From assembly GCA_977017575.1 (NCBI GenBank), contig CDRNVI010000203.1:62001-126000 (forward strand): a stretch of 64,000 nt of DNA. The letters run 5' to 3'. Below the pieces are notes generated by a model. The model worked only from the letters and a program-made list of their open reading frames with translations, ran no database searches and was not told the DNA's origin. This stretch comes from Paramoeba atlantica (taxonomy: Eukaryota; Protista; Discosea). The translations under genes were made by a program, and so were the position numbers. Shown piece by piece: positions 36,001-51,000 of the stretch (within the stretch, counting starts at the first letter, position 1; every line of letters starts with the position of its first letter).

Positions 36001-39000
36001 GCCAAAAAGTGTTTTGCAGAATCTCGAGGGCAAAATAGGAGTTTTTTGACCCGATTTTGTGAACAAAACTGGCATCAAAAACTATTCCAAATGCTCCAAT
36101 CCGAATTTCAGCTATTGAACACTAAAAATGCTGAAAATCGCTATTTCGCACTGGAATTCCGCCAAAACTCCTTTTCAATGCGTATTTTGGGCGAGAAAAC
36201 CGTCGATTTTATAATTTTTAAACTTTTTTTTGTATAATTTATCATTTTTAGCGCGGATTTCTATAATTTCTCGCATAATTTATTAGTTTTATAGCGTTGT
36301 AGTTAAAATTTTCATAATTTTATCATCAAAGTCATCATTTTTCTATAATTTCAAACAAAATTATTAAAAAAAATGTTGTCTCAGACGAAAAAATTGCATG
36401 AAAGTTGTTAAACAACACTAAAACTAAAAAAATATCCCGCAGAAATTAAAAAACCGTGATAAAAATTTATAAATTCAAAAGAAAAATTTAAAAATCTTAA
36501 AAATTTATGATGAAATCATCTTCTTTGTACCAAAATCAGATGTAAACATCAAAAAATTTTTTTAAAATCACTAGCTGAAACCATCGTCTATGGTTTCTTT
36601 TGTTAATGATCAATGTTTTCATTTCATTCATAACATTTTCACGTTAACTTCGTTCAACTAACTTGAATTTTATTAAAATTATGATTCATAAAATAATTTT
36701 TTCATTGCTAAAAATAGAATCGCAATGGAAATTATTATGAAACAAGTTTTAATAATTCAAACTTAAGTTTGAACTCGAGTTATAAAATTTTAATAACATT
36801 AATATATACTTTTAAATAACTTCTATAATTAATTCAAAAGAGAATTTATAATTATGAACTTATAAAACTATATTTAATGATTTAAAAATTTAATAACTTG
36901 TTCTAATGTTTTCAATGTAATACGATATTTACGATATATGATCTTCTTTGTTCCAAAATCAGATGTTGATTATCGTACATTCTTATTACATGAAAACAAA
37001 GAACAGCTACGGATAAGAACTGAAATGCCTTCCATATACCGAGATACTTTAAATTGATTATAGATAAATTTTCTAAAATATTTAATTACAAAAATAATTT
37101 AAAATATTATTTACAAAACTTATAAATATAATCAATAAAAGTATACGTTATAAAGGAGCGCATAGTTCCTATCACTTTTAAATACGCTATTTTCCTTGAT
37201 AAAAAAAATCACTGGAAAATTAGCAGTCTTTAAAGAACTTCGATACAAAAAAGTATCTTGACAATCTCTGTTGTTTTTGTTACAAAAAAATAGTAAATAA
37301 CTTCAAACATATATACAAAATTAAACGTGTATAAAAAAAGAAAAACATACACTTTGATACATTCAATCAAAAAAGATCTCAATCATGTATCATTAACTTT
37401 AGCATATATGTAAGAAGTTCCTTGGTGATTAATTCTTTTACGGTTTTCATGTAATAAACATGTACGATAATCAACATCTGATTTTAACTCAAAGCAGAGT
37501 AATCATCGTTAAATATCGTACAAAAGTTATTACAAAGAAAACTGCTAAGAATTATCATCAGGAAATTGCACTAAGATTTCCTTCAGAAATTCAAGTACAA
37601 ATATCCGCTTAACTTATAAAAAGATATAAGTAGCTTCTATATATATTTTTTTATCGAAAAAACGATAAATAAATAAAGATCATGATAAGATTTCTACGAA
37701 ATTCAATCATGAAGCATACACTATAGTGTATGCAAATTATTACAAAAATAATAATTTTAAAATTTTTTTCTTCGTAATTCAAAGAAGAATTTACTTGAAA
37801 AAAAATATAAATTTTAATGTTTTCGTGTTTAACTACAACTTAAATTTATATATATTTCGTTAAATTAAGAGAATAATTAAACGAAACTGTTACTCGGCAA
37901 AAATAAGGGAATTTTTGAGTAACAGACCGTTCAAATTGAAAACAAAAAAACAATTTGCACGGCAATTCTTGGGGTTTTTACGCCTCACGGCTTCGTGATC
38001 GGACTAAAGAGCAGTAGCGAGAGCAAGAAAGTTTGCAGGGGTAGTTGAGTTAGCTATTCCCGGTGGTAGCTAACCTCGATTCCTTAGTCTTTAGTTGTGG
38101 TAATTTGGGATAGCGAAGTAAAATTTTTAAAGTTCGCTATCGACAATTACTATTCTCTTTCATCTTTTGGCGTGCATTGCTAATTGATCCCAATAGACAA
38201 TCACATTCAGAAACGATCGTAGCTTTACCTATATGTATGTAAAATATCATACATAAGAATCAATAAGATCTGTTTCGTCTCCTCTTTTTTCTTTTAAAAT
38301 AGCAGGACTAATCTATATTATATAATTATTATTCAACTTTTTTAATTATATTTTATCTGCTTGAACACCATAGTTCGATAAAAAATAAATAAAAAGATGA
38401 ATAAATAACTAAAAAATAAAGATAGACAAGAACAAGAATAGTTTAGTTTAATTCCGTGTTAAATCCTCAATCCTTAAGTCGGATTTGTCACTCCATATAC
38501 GATCAAACTTTATTTACTTAAATTTTTACAAAGATAGTAAAATTAAAAGTATAAAGATGATCTAGCTCACCAGTTTTATTTAAATTAAAATCTTACACAA
38601 TGATTTTATATTTATAAACTACTCGCTTCCATCGACCCTCGACTTTGTTGAAGTTTAAGTTTTTGAGTTTACGATATTAAAGAGAAAAAAAATATTATTG
38701 CGCTCTATTGGTGGGGCTTTCGTTAGATTATTAAAAGCTCAACGTCATTGTTCGCGTTTTACGTTACACTCCACAAGCTAAACAAGTGCGTTCTGCCTTA
38801 ATAATCACTACCCCTCACCAAAAGGTCGCAATAATATATGTTTTTAGCGTTTAAGATCTGGAGACCATTTTCAAAATAGAAAATGTCAATCGCTTTTTTC
38901 TTACGCAAGTACGTCAAAAAAATCGTTTTTCTCCATGAGCTAAAACGAGTTAGTTCGATCGGGCTTTTTTTGATGCTTTTTTTGGATCGCAGCTTCAACA

Positions 39001-42000
39001 AAAAAAAATTTCTGCTGCTGTTTTCCAACAAAGAAAATTATAAAAAAATAATTTTGTTGTTGTCAAATACGATCTTTTAAAATATAAAATTTTTTTTATC
39101 GTTATAAATTTTATTCCAACATAAATTTGTTGGAAAAGTAACAGTAAAAAGTTGTTAATGAAAAAAAATAAATTCATTAACAACAACGTTGATGAAAAAT
39201 ATCAATCAACGCTGTTAAATTTCCAACAAAATAATGTCAGAAAAAAATTTCTGCCGAAATAATTTAGCTGATTAAATTTTTATCACGACAAAAATATTTT
39301 TTTGTGGATCAATTAAATCGTTATTAACAAAAAAGTTATAACGCTGTTAATTTTCCAACCTAAAAATTTTTTATCTCTCAAAAAATATTTTTTGATGTTC
39401 AAAGTTATCGTTTGATAACAAAAAAGTTATAACGCTGTAACTTTTCCAACAAAAAAAATTTTTTTTCGTGTTAAAAATTATTTTTGATCAATAAAAATTA
39501 TTTTCGATGTTCAAATTCATCGTTTGATAACAAAAAAGTTATAACGCTGTTAATTTTCCATCAAAAATTATTTTTTTTTGCTTCAAAAATTTTTTTTAAC
39601 ATAAAAATTTATAATGATGATTACAAAATAAGTGTTGCAACTCAAAAAAGTTGTTTAACACTGTTAATTTTCCATCAACATCATAATTTTTATTTAAAAA
39701 TTTTAATCAAGATCAATTTTATAAACATTTTTTGTAAAAAAATTAAAATTTTTACTGGAAAATTACGGTGAGATGCATAAAAATTAGATTTAAACATAAA
39801 TTTATGCAAACTACCGTTTAATTTCCAACAAAATTTAAATTTTTTTCATTCAAAAATAGATTTTTTTAATTTTTCGCCGACAAAATTGAAAAAAAATTGA
39901 ATTTTCATTCAAAAAGTTGTAAAATTGAGTCTCAGGATGAAAAAGTGGAAAAAGACCACATTTTATCAATTCGACGCTAAATTAGCAAAAAATTTCAATT
40001 TCTACACCTAAATGACTGTAGAAATTGGTGTTTTCCTACAATTTTGTGGAAATCCCTGACAAACACTGCTAAATTTCCAACAAAAAGTCAATTTGCAGGT
40101 GCTGCCCGTGGATTTTCCAACAAAATACTAGCAAAACTACTCAAAATGCTATTTTTCCGGCAGAAAACCGTCAAAATCTGCTTTTTCTGGGCAGGAATGA
40201 CAAAAACGGCCCAAAAAAGGCCCTGTCATTTTGCCCAAAAACGCAGTATTTTTTCCTGTTCTGGCCTGCAAATTAGCGGATGTCCAAAGCCCCCAAAAAA
40301 AGTGACTTGGACTCCGAGCCGACTCGAAAAGTCGTATTTTCCGGCAGAAACGAAAAAATATGCCACATTTTGTCCGACGATTATTTACAACTTTTTCTCG
40401 CATCCCATCATGGCGATTTTGCGGATCTGCAGGTTGGGAGGGAGCCAACTGCATTTTTTGGCCGTTTTGAACCCGTTTTGTAAAAAATCGCATATATAAA
40501 CTCCATAATTTCCCCTCAGAAATCTGCCACTTTTGGAGGCCAAAAAGTGTTTTGCAGAATCTCGAGGGCAAAATAGGAGTTTTTTGACCCGATTTTGTGA
40601 ACAAAACTGGCATCAAAAACTATTCCAAATGCTCCAATCCGAATTTCAGCTATTGAACACTAAAAATGCTGAAAATCGCTATTTCGCACTGGAATTCCGC
40701 CAAAACTCCTTTTCAATGCGTATTTTGGGCGAGAAAACCGTCGATTTTATAATTTTTAAACTTTTTTTTGTATAATCTATCATTTTTAGCGCGGATTTCT
40801 ATAATTTCTCGCATAATTTATTAGTTTTATAGCGTTGTAGTTAAAATTTTCATAATTTTATCATCAAAGTCATCATTTTTCTATAATTTCAAACAAAATT
40901 ATTAAAAAAAATGTTGTCTCAGACGAAAAAATTGCATGAAAGTTGTTAAACAACACTAAAACTAAAAAAATATCCCGCAGAAATTAAAAAACCGTGATAA
41001 AAATTTATAAATTCAAAAGAAAAATTTAAAAATCTTAAAAATTTATGATGAAATCATCTTCTTTGTACCAAAATCAGATGTAAACATCAAAAAATTTTTT
41101 TAAAATCACTAGCTGAAACCATCGTCTATGGTTTCTTTTGTTAATGATAAATGTTTTCATTTCATTCATAACATTTTCACGTTAACTTCGTTCAACTAAC
41201 TTGAATTTTATTAAAATTATGATTCATAAAATAATTTTTTCATTGCTAAAAATAGAATCGCAATGGAAATTATTATGAAACAAGTTTTAATAATTCAAAC
41301 TTAAGTTTGAACTCGAGTTATAAAATTTTAATAACATTAATATATACTTTTAAATAACTTCTATAATTAATTCAAAAGAGAATTTATAATTATGAACTTA
41401 TAAAACTATATTTAATGATTTAAAAATTTAATAACTTGTTCTAATGTTTTCAATGTAATACGATATTTACGATATATGATCTTCTTTGTTCCAAAATCAG
41501 ATGTTGATTATCGTACATTCTTATTACATGAAAACAAAGAACAGCTACGGATAAGAACTGAAATGCCTTCCATATACCGAGATACTTTAAATTGATTATA
41601 GATAAATTTTCTAAAATATTTAATTACAAAAATAATTTAAAATATTATTTACAAAACTTATAAATATAATCAATAAAAGTATACGTTATAAAGGAGCGCA
41701 TAGTTCCTATCACTTTTAAATACGCTATTTTCCTTGATAAAAAAAATCACTGGAAAATTAGCAGTCTTTAAAGAACTTCGATACAAAAAAGTATCTTGAC
41801 AATCTCTGTTGTTTTTGTTACAAAAAAATAGTAAATAACTTCAAACATATATACAAAATTAAACGTGTATAAAAAAAGAAAAACATACACTTTGATACAT
41901 TCAATCAAAAAAGATCTCAATCATGTATCATTAACTTTAGCATATATGTAAGAAGTTCCTTGGTGATTAATTCTTTTACGGTTTTCATGTAATAAACATG

Positions 42001-45000
42001 TACGATAATCAACATCTGATTTTAACTCAAAGCAGAGTAATCATCGTTAAATATCGTACAAAAGTTATTACAAAGAAAACTGCTAAGAATTATCATCAGG
42101 AAATTGCACTAAGATTTCCTTCAGAAATTCAAGTACAAATATCCGCTTAACTTATAAAAAGATATAAGTAGCTTCTATATATATTTTTTTATCGAAAAAA
42201 CGATAAATAAATAAAGATCATGATAAGATTTCTACGAAATTCAATCATGAAGCATACACTATAGTGTATGCAAATTATTACAAAAATAATAATTTTAAAA
42301 TTTTTTTCTTCGTAATTCAAAGAAGAATTTACTTGAAAAAAAATATAAATTTTAATGTTTTCGTGTTTAACTACAACTTAAATTTATATATATTTCGTTA
42401 AATTAAGAGAATAATTAAACGAAACTGTTACTCGGCAAAAATAAGGGAATTTTTGAGTAACAGACCGTTCAAATTGAAAACAAAAAAACAATTTGCACGG
42501 CAATTCTTGGGGTTTTTACGCCTCACGGCTTCGTGATCGGACTAAAGAGCAGTAGCGAGAGCAAGAAAGTTTGCAGGGGTAGTTGAGTTAGCTATTCCCG
42601 GTGGTAGCTAACCTCGATTCCTTAGTCTTTAGTTGTGGTAATTTGGGATAGCGAAGTAAAATTTTTAAAGTTCGCTATCGACAATTACTATTCTCTTTCA
42701 TCTTTTGGCGTGCATTGCTAATTGATCCCAATAGACAATCACATTCAGAAACGATCGTAGCTTTACCTATATGTATGTAAAATATCATACATAAGAATCA
42801 ATAAGATCTGTTTCGTCTCCTCTTTTTTCTTTTAAAATAGCAGGACTAATCTATATTATATAATTATTATTCAACTTTTTTAATTATATTTTATCTGCTT
42901 GAACACCATAGTTCGATAAAAAATAAATAAAAAGATGAATAAATAACTAAAAAATAAAGATAGACAAGAACAAGAATAGTTTAGTTTAATTCCGTGTTAA
43001 ATCCTCAATCCTTAAGTCGGATTTGTCACTCCATATACGATCAAACTTTATTTACTTAAATTTTTACAAAGATAGTAAAATTAAAAGTATAAAGATGATC
43101 TAGCTCACCAGTTTTATTTAAATTAAAATCTTACACAATGATTTTATATTTATAAACTACTCGCTTCCATCGACCCTCGACTTTGTTGAAGTTTAAGTTT
43201 TTGAGTTTACGATATTAAAGAGAAAAAAAATATTATTGCGCTCTATTGGTGGGGCTTTCGTTAGATTATTAAAAGCTCAACGTCATTGTTCGCGTTTTAC
43301 GTTACACTCCACAAGCTAAACAAGTGCGTTCTGCCTTAATAATCACTACCCCTCACCAAAAGGTCGCAATAATATATGTTTTTAGCGTTTAAGATCTGGA
43401 GACCATTTTCAAAATAGAAAATGTCAATCGCTTTTTTCTTACGCAAGTACGTCAAAAAAATCGTTTTTCTCCATGAGCTAAAACGAGTTAGTTCGATCGG
43501 GCTTTTTTTGATGCTTTTTTTGGATCGCAGCTTCAACAAAAAAAAATTTCTGCTGCTGTTTTCCAACAAAGAAAATTATAAAAAAATAATTTTGTTGTTG
43601 TCAAATACGATCTTTTAAAATATAAAATTTTTTTTATCGTTATAAATTTTATTCCAACATAAATTTGTTGGAAAAGTAACAGTAAAAAGTTGTTAATGAA
43701 AAAAAATAAATTCATTAACAACAACGTTGATGAAAAATATCAATCAACGCTGTTAAATTTCCAACAAAATAATGTCAGAAAAAAATTTCTGCCGAAATAA
43801 TTTAGCTGATTAAATTTTTATCACGACAAAAATATTTTTTTGTGGATCAATTAAATCGTTATTAACAAAAAAGTTATAACGCTGTTAATTTTCCAACCTA
43901 AAAATTTTTTATCTCTCAAAAAATATTTTTTGATGTTCAAAGTTATCGTTTGATAACAAAAAAGTTATAACGCTGTAACTTTTCCAACAAAAAAAATTTT
44001 TTTTCGTGTTAAAAATTATTTTTGATCAATAAAAATTATTTTCGATGTTCAAATTCATCGTTTGATAACAAAAAAGTTATAACGCTGTTAATTTTCCATC
44101 AAAAATTATTTTTTTTTGCTTCAAAAATTTTTTTTAACATAAAAATTTATAATGATGATTACAAAATAAGTGTTGCAACTCAAAAAAGTTGTTTAACACT
44201 GTTAATTTTCCATCAACATCATAATTTTTATTTAAAAATTTTAATCAAGATCAATTTTATAAACATTTTTTGTAAAAAAATTAAAATTTTTACTGGAAAA
44301 TTACGGTGAGATGCATAAAAATTAGATTTAAACATAAATTTATGCAAACTACCGTTTAATTTCCAACAAAATTTAAATTTTTTTCATTCAAAAATAGATT
44401 TTTTTAATTTTTCGCCGACAAAATTGAAAAAAAATTGAATTTTCATTCAAAAAGTTGTAAAATTGAGTCTCAGGATGAAAAAGTGGAAAAAGACCACATT
44501 TTATCAATTCGACGCTAAATTAGCAAAAAATTTCAATTTCTACACCTAAATGACTGTAGAAATTGGTGTTTTCCTACAATTTTGTGGAAATCCCTGACAA
44601 ACACTGCTAAATTTCCAACAAAAAGTCAATTTGCAGGTGCTGCCCGTGGATTTTCCAACAAAATACTAGCAAAACTACTCAAAATGCTATTTTTCCGGCA
44701 GAAAACCGTCAAAATCTGCTTTTTCTGGGCAGGAATGACAAAAACGGCCCAAAAAAGGCCCTGTCATTTTGCCCAAAAACGCAGTATTTTTTCCTGTTCT
44801 GGCCTGCAAATTAGCGGATGTCCAAAGCCCCCAAAAAAAGTGACTTGGACTCCGAGCCGACTCGAAAAGTCGTATTTTCCGGCAGAAACGAAAAAATATG
44901 CCACATTTTGTCCGACGATTATTTACAACTTTTTCTCGCATCCCATCATGGCGATTTTGCGGATCTGCAGGTTGGGAGGGAGCCAACTGCATTTTTTGGC

Positions 45001-48000
45001 CGTTTTGAACCCGTTTTGTAAAAAATCGCATATATAAACTCCATAATTTCCCCTCAGAAATCTGCCACTTTTGGAGGCCAAAAAGTGTTTTGCAGAATCT
45101 CGAGGGCAAAATAGGAGTTTTTTGACCCGATTTTGTGAACAAAACTGGCATCAAAAACTATTCCAAATGCTCCAATCCGAATTTCAGCTATTGAACACTA
45201 AAAATGCTGAAAATCGCTATTTCGCACTGGAATTCCGCCAAAACTCCTTTTCAATGCGTATTTTGGGCGAGAAAACCGTCGATTTTATAATTTTTAAACT
45301 TTTTTTTGTATAATCTATCATTTTTAGCGCGGATTTCTATAATTTCTCGCATAATTTATTAGTTTTATAGCGTTGTAGTTAAAATTTTCATAATTTTATC
45401 ATCAAAGTCATCATTTTTCTATAATTTCAAACAAAATTATTAAAAAAAATGTTGTCTCAGACGAAAAAATTGCATGAAAGTTGTTAAACAACACTAAAAC
45501 TAAAAAAATATCCCGCAGAAATTAAAAAACCGTGATAAAAATTTATAAATTCAAAAGAAAAATTTAAAAATCTTAAAAATTTATGATGAAATCATCTTCT
45601 TTGTACCAAAATCAGATGTAAACATCAAAAAATTTTTTTAAAATCACTAGCTGAAACCATCGTCTATGGTTTCTTTTGTTAATGATAAATGTTTTCATTT
45701 CATTCATAACATTTTCACGTTAACTTCGTTCAACTAACTTGAATTTTATTAAAATTATGATTCATAAAATAATTTTTTCATTGCTAAAAATAGAATCGCA
45801 ATGGAAATTATTATGAAACAAGTTTTAATAATTCAAACTTAAGTTTGAACTCGAGTTATAAAATTTTAATAACATTAATATATACTTTTAAATAACTTCT
45901 ATAATTAATTCAAAAGAGAATTTATAATTATGAACTTATAAAACTATATTTAATGATTTAAAAATTTAATAACTTGTTCTAATGTTTTCAATGTAATACG
46001 ATATTTACGATATATGATCTTCTTTGTTCCAAAATCAGATGTTGATTATCGTACATTCTTATTACATGAAAACAAAGAACAGCTACGGATAAGAACTGAA
46101 ATGCCTTCCATATACCGAGATACTTTAAATTGATTATAGATAAATTTTCTAAAATATTTAATTACAAAAATAATTTAAAATATTATTTACAAAACTTATA
46201 AATATAATCAATAAAAGTATACGTTATAAAGGAGCGCATAGTTCCTATCACTTTTAAATACGCTATTTTCCTTGATAAAAAAAATCACTGGAAAATTAGC
46301 AGTCTTTAAAGAACTTCGATACAAAAAAGTATCTTGACAATCTCTGTTGTTTTTGTTACAAAAAAATAGTAAATAACTTCAAACATATATACAAAATTAA
46401 ACGTGTATAAAAAAAGAAAAACATACACTTTGATACATTCAATCAAAAAAGATCTCAATCATGTATCATTAACTTTAGCATATATGTAAGAAGTTCCTTG
46501 GTGATTAATTCTTTTACGGTTTTCATGTAATAAACATGTACGATAATCAACATCTGATTTTAACTCAAAGCAGAGTAATCATCGTTAAATATCGTACAAA
46601 AGTTATTACAAAGAAAACTGCTAAGAATTATCATCAGGAAATTGCACTAAGATTTCCTTCAGAAATTCAAGTACAAATATCCGCTTAACTTATAAAAAGA
46701 TATAAGTAGCTTCTATATATATTTTTTTATCGAAAAAACGATAAATAAATAAAGATCATGATAAGATTTCTACGAAATTCAATCATGAAGCATACACTAT
46801 AGTGTATGCAAATTATTACAAAAATAATAATTTTAAAATTTTTTTCTTCGTAATTCAAAGAAGAATTTACTTGAAAAAAAATATAAATTTTAATGTTTTC
46901 GTGTTTAACTACAACTTAAATTTATATATATTTCGTTAAATTAAGAGAATAATTAAACGAAACTGTTACTCGGCAAAAATAAGGGAATTTTTGAGTAACA
47001 GACCGTTCAAATTGAAAACAAAAAAACAATTTGCACGGCAATTCTTGGGGTTTTTACGCCTCACGGCTTCGTGATCGGACTAAAGAGCAGTAGCGAGAGC
47101 AAGAAAGTTTGCAGGGGTAGTTGAGTTAGCTATTCCCGGTGGTAGCTAACCTCGATTCCTTAGTCTTTAGTTGTGGTAATTTGGGATAGCGAAGTAAAAT
47201 TTTTAAAGTTCGCTATCGACAATTACTATTCTCTTTCATCTTTTGGCGTGCATTGCTAATTGATCCCAATAGACAATCACATTCAGAAACGATCGTAGCT
47301 TTACCTATATGTATGTAAAATATCATACATAAGAATCAATAAGATCTGTTTCGTCTCCTCTTTTTTCTTTTAAAATAGCAGGACTAATCTATATTATATA
47401 ATTATTATTCAACTTTTTTAATTATATTTTATCTGCTTGAACACCATAGTTCGATAAAAAATAAATAAAAAGATGAATAAATAACTAAAAAATAAAGATA
47501 GACAAGAACAAGAATAGTTTAGTTTAATTCCGTGTTAAATCCTCAATCCTTAAGTCGGATTTGTCACTCCATATACGATCAAACTTTATTTACTTAAATT
47601 TTTACAAAGATAGTAAAATTAAAAGTATAAAGATGATCTAGCTCACCAGTTTTATTTAAATTAAAATCTTACACAATGATTTTATATTTATAAACTACTC
47701 GCTTCCATCGACCCTCGACTTTGTTGAAGTTTAAGTTTTTGAGTTTACGATATTAAAGAGAAAAAAAATATTATTGCGCTCTATTGGTGGGGCTTTCGTT
47801 AGATTATTAAAAGCTCAACGTCATTGTTCGCGTTTTACGTTACACTCCACAAGCTAAACAAGTGCGTTCTGCCTTAATAATCACTACCCCTCACCAAAAG
47901 GTCGCAATAATATATGTTTTTAGCGTTTAAGATCTGGAGACCATTTTCAAAATAGAAAATGTCAATCGCTTTTTTCTTACGCAAGTACGTCAAAAAAATC

Positions 48001-51000
48001 GTTTTTCTCCATGAGCTAAAACGAGTTAGTTCGATCGGGCTTTTTTTGATGCTTTTTTTGGATCGCAGCTTCAACAAAAAAAAATTTCTGCTGCTGTTTT
48101 CCAACAAAGAAAATTATAAAAAAATAATTTTGTTGTTGTCAAATACGATCTTTTAAAATATAAAATTTTTTTTATCGTTATAAATTTTATTCCAACATAA
48201 ATTTGTTGGAAAAGTAACAGTAAAAAGTTGTTAATGAAAAAAAATAAATTCATTAACAACAACGTTGATGAAAAATATCAATCAACGCTGTTAAATTTCC
48301 AACAAAATAATGTCAGAAAAAAATTTCTGCCGAAATAATTTAGCTGATTAAATTTTTATCACGACAAAAATATTTTTTTGTGGATCAATTAAATCGTTAT
48401 TAACAAAAAAGTTATAACGCTGTTAATTTTCCAACCTAAAAATTTTTTATCTCTCAAAAAATATTTTTTGATGTTCAAAGTTATCGTTTGATAACAAAAA
48501 AGTTATAACGCTGTAACTTTTCCAACAAAAAAAATTTTTTTTCGTGTTAAAAATTATTTTTGATCAATAAAAATTATTTTCGATGTTCAAATTCATCGTT
48601 TGATAACAAAAAAGTTATAACGCTGTTAATTTTCCATCAAAAATTATTTTTTTTGCTTCAAAAATTTTTTTTAACATAAAAATTTATAATGATGATTACA
48701 AAATAAGTGTTGCAACTCAAAAAAGTTGTTTAACACTGTTAATTTTCCATCAACATCATAATTTTTATTTAAAAATTTTAATCAAAATCAATTTTATAAA
48801 CATTTTTTGTAAAAAAATTAAAATTTTTACTGGAAAATTACGGTGAGATGCATAAAAATTAGATTTAAACATAAATTTATGCAAACTACCGTTTAATTTC
48901 CAACAAAATTTAAATTTTTTTCATTCAAAAATAGATTTTTTTAATTTTTCGCCGACAAAATTGAAAAAAAATTGAATTTTCATTCAAAAAGTTGTAAAAT
49001 TGAGTCTCAGGATGAAAAAGTGGAAAAAGACCACATTTTATCAATTCGACGCTAAATTAGCAAAAAATTTCAATTTCTACACCTAAATGACTGTAGAAAT
49101 TGGTGTTTTCCTACAATTTTGTGGAAACTCCTGACAAACACTGCTAAATTTCCAACAAAAAGTCAATTTGCAGGTGCTGCCCGTGGATTTTCCAACAAAA
49201 TACTAGCAAAACTACTCAAAATGCTATTTTTCCGGCAGAAAACCGTCAAAATCTGCTTTTTCTGGGCAGGAATGACAAAAACGGCCCAAAAAAGGCCCTG
49301 TCATTTTGCCCAAAAACGCAGTATTTTTTCCTGTTCTGGCCTGCAAATTAGCGGATGTCCAAGTGCCCCAAAAAAAGTGACTTGGACTCCGAGCCGACTC
49401 GAAAAGTCGTATTTTCCGGCAGAAACGAAAAAATATGCCACATTTTGTCCGACGATTATTTACAACTTTTTCTCGCATCCCATCATAGCGATTTTGCGGA
49501 TCTGCAAGTTGGGAGGGAACCAACTGCATTTTTTGGCCGTTTTGAACCCGTTTTGTAAAAAATCGCATATATAAACTCCATAATTTCCCCTCAGAAATCT
49601 GCCACTTTTGGACGCCAAAAAGTGTTTTGCAGAATCTCGAGGGCAAAATAGGAGTTTTTTGACCCGATTTTGTGAACAAAACTGGCATCAAAAACTATTC
49701 CAAATGCTCCAATCCGAATTTCAGCTATTGAACACTAAAAATGCTGAAAATCGCTATTTCGCACTGGAATTCCGCCAAAACTCCTTTTCAATGCGTATTT
49801 TGGGCGAGAAAATCGTGAATTTTATAATTTTTAAACTTTTTTTTGTATAATTTATCATTTTTAGCGCGGATTTGTATAATTTCTCGCATAATTTATTAGT
49901 TTTATAGCGTTGTAGTTAAAATTTTCATAATTTTATCATCAAAGTCATCATTTTTCTATAATTTCAAACAAAATTATTAAAAAAAATGTTGTCTCAGACG
50001 AAAAAATTGCATGAAAGTTGTTAAACAACACTAAAACTAAAAAAATATCCCGCAGAAATTAAAAAACCGTGATAAAAATTTATAAATTCAAAAGAAAAAT
50101 TTAAAAATCTTAAAAATTTATGATGAAATCATCTTCTTTGTACCAAAATCAGATGTAAACATCAAAAAATTTTTTTAAAATCACTAGTTGAAACCATCGT
50201 CTATGGTTTCTTTTGTTAATGATCAATGTTTTCATTTCATTCATAACATTTTCACGTTAACTTCGTTCAACTAACTTGAATTTTATTAAAATTATGATTC
50301 ATAAAATAATTTTTTCATTGCTAAAAATAAAACCGCAATGGAAATTATTATGAAACAAGTTTTAATAATTCAAACTTAAGTTTGAACTCGAGTTATAAAA
50401 TTTTAATAACATTAATATATACTTTTAAATAACTTCTATAATTAATTCAAAAGAGAATTTATAATTAAGAACTTATAAAACTATATTTAATGATTTAAAA
50501 CTTAATAACTTGTTGTAATGTTTTCAATATAATAATATATTTACGATATATTATCTTCTTTGTTCCAAAATCAGATGTTGATTATCGTACATTCTTATTA
50601 CATGAAAACATAACAACATAAAGAATACAATAGGCACTCCTTACATTTAAATGCCCTTAATATAATTTATCGATATATTTAATTACACAAATAATTTAAA
50701 ATATAATTTATAAAATATTAATAAAGTTCATGTAAAATGTAAGAAGTTACCCTAGTTTTCCTGGTATTGTGAGTATGTTTTCATGTAATAAACATGTACG
50801 ATAATCAACATCTGATTTTGACTCAAAGCAGAGTAATCATCGTTAAATATCGTTACAAAGTTATTACAAATAAAACATAAATCACTAATAACAGGAAAAT
50901 ATTAAATACAAAAATATTTAATAAACTTCGATGCAAAAAAGCATCTTGACAATCTCTGTGTTTTTGTTAAAAAAAATAGCGTAAAACTACAAAACCATAT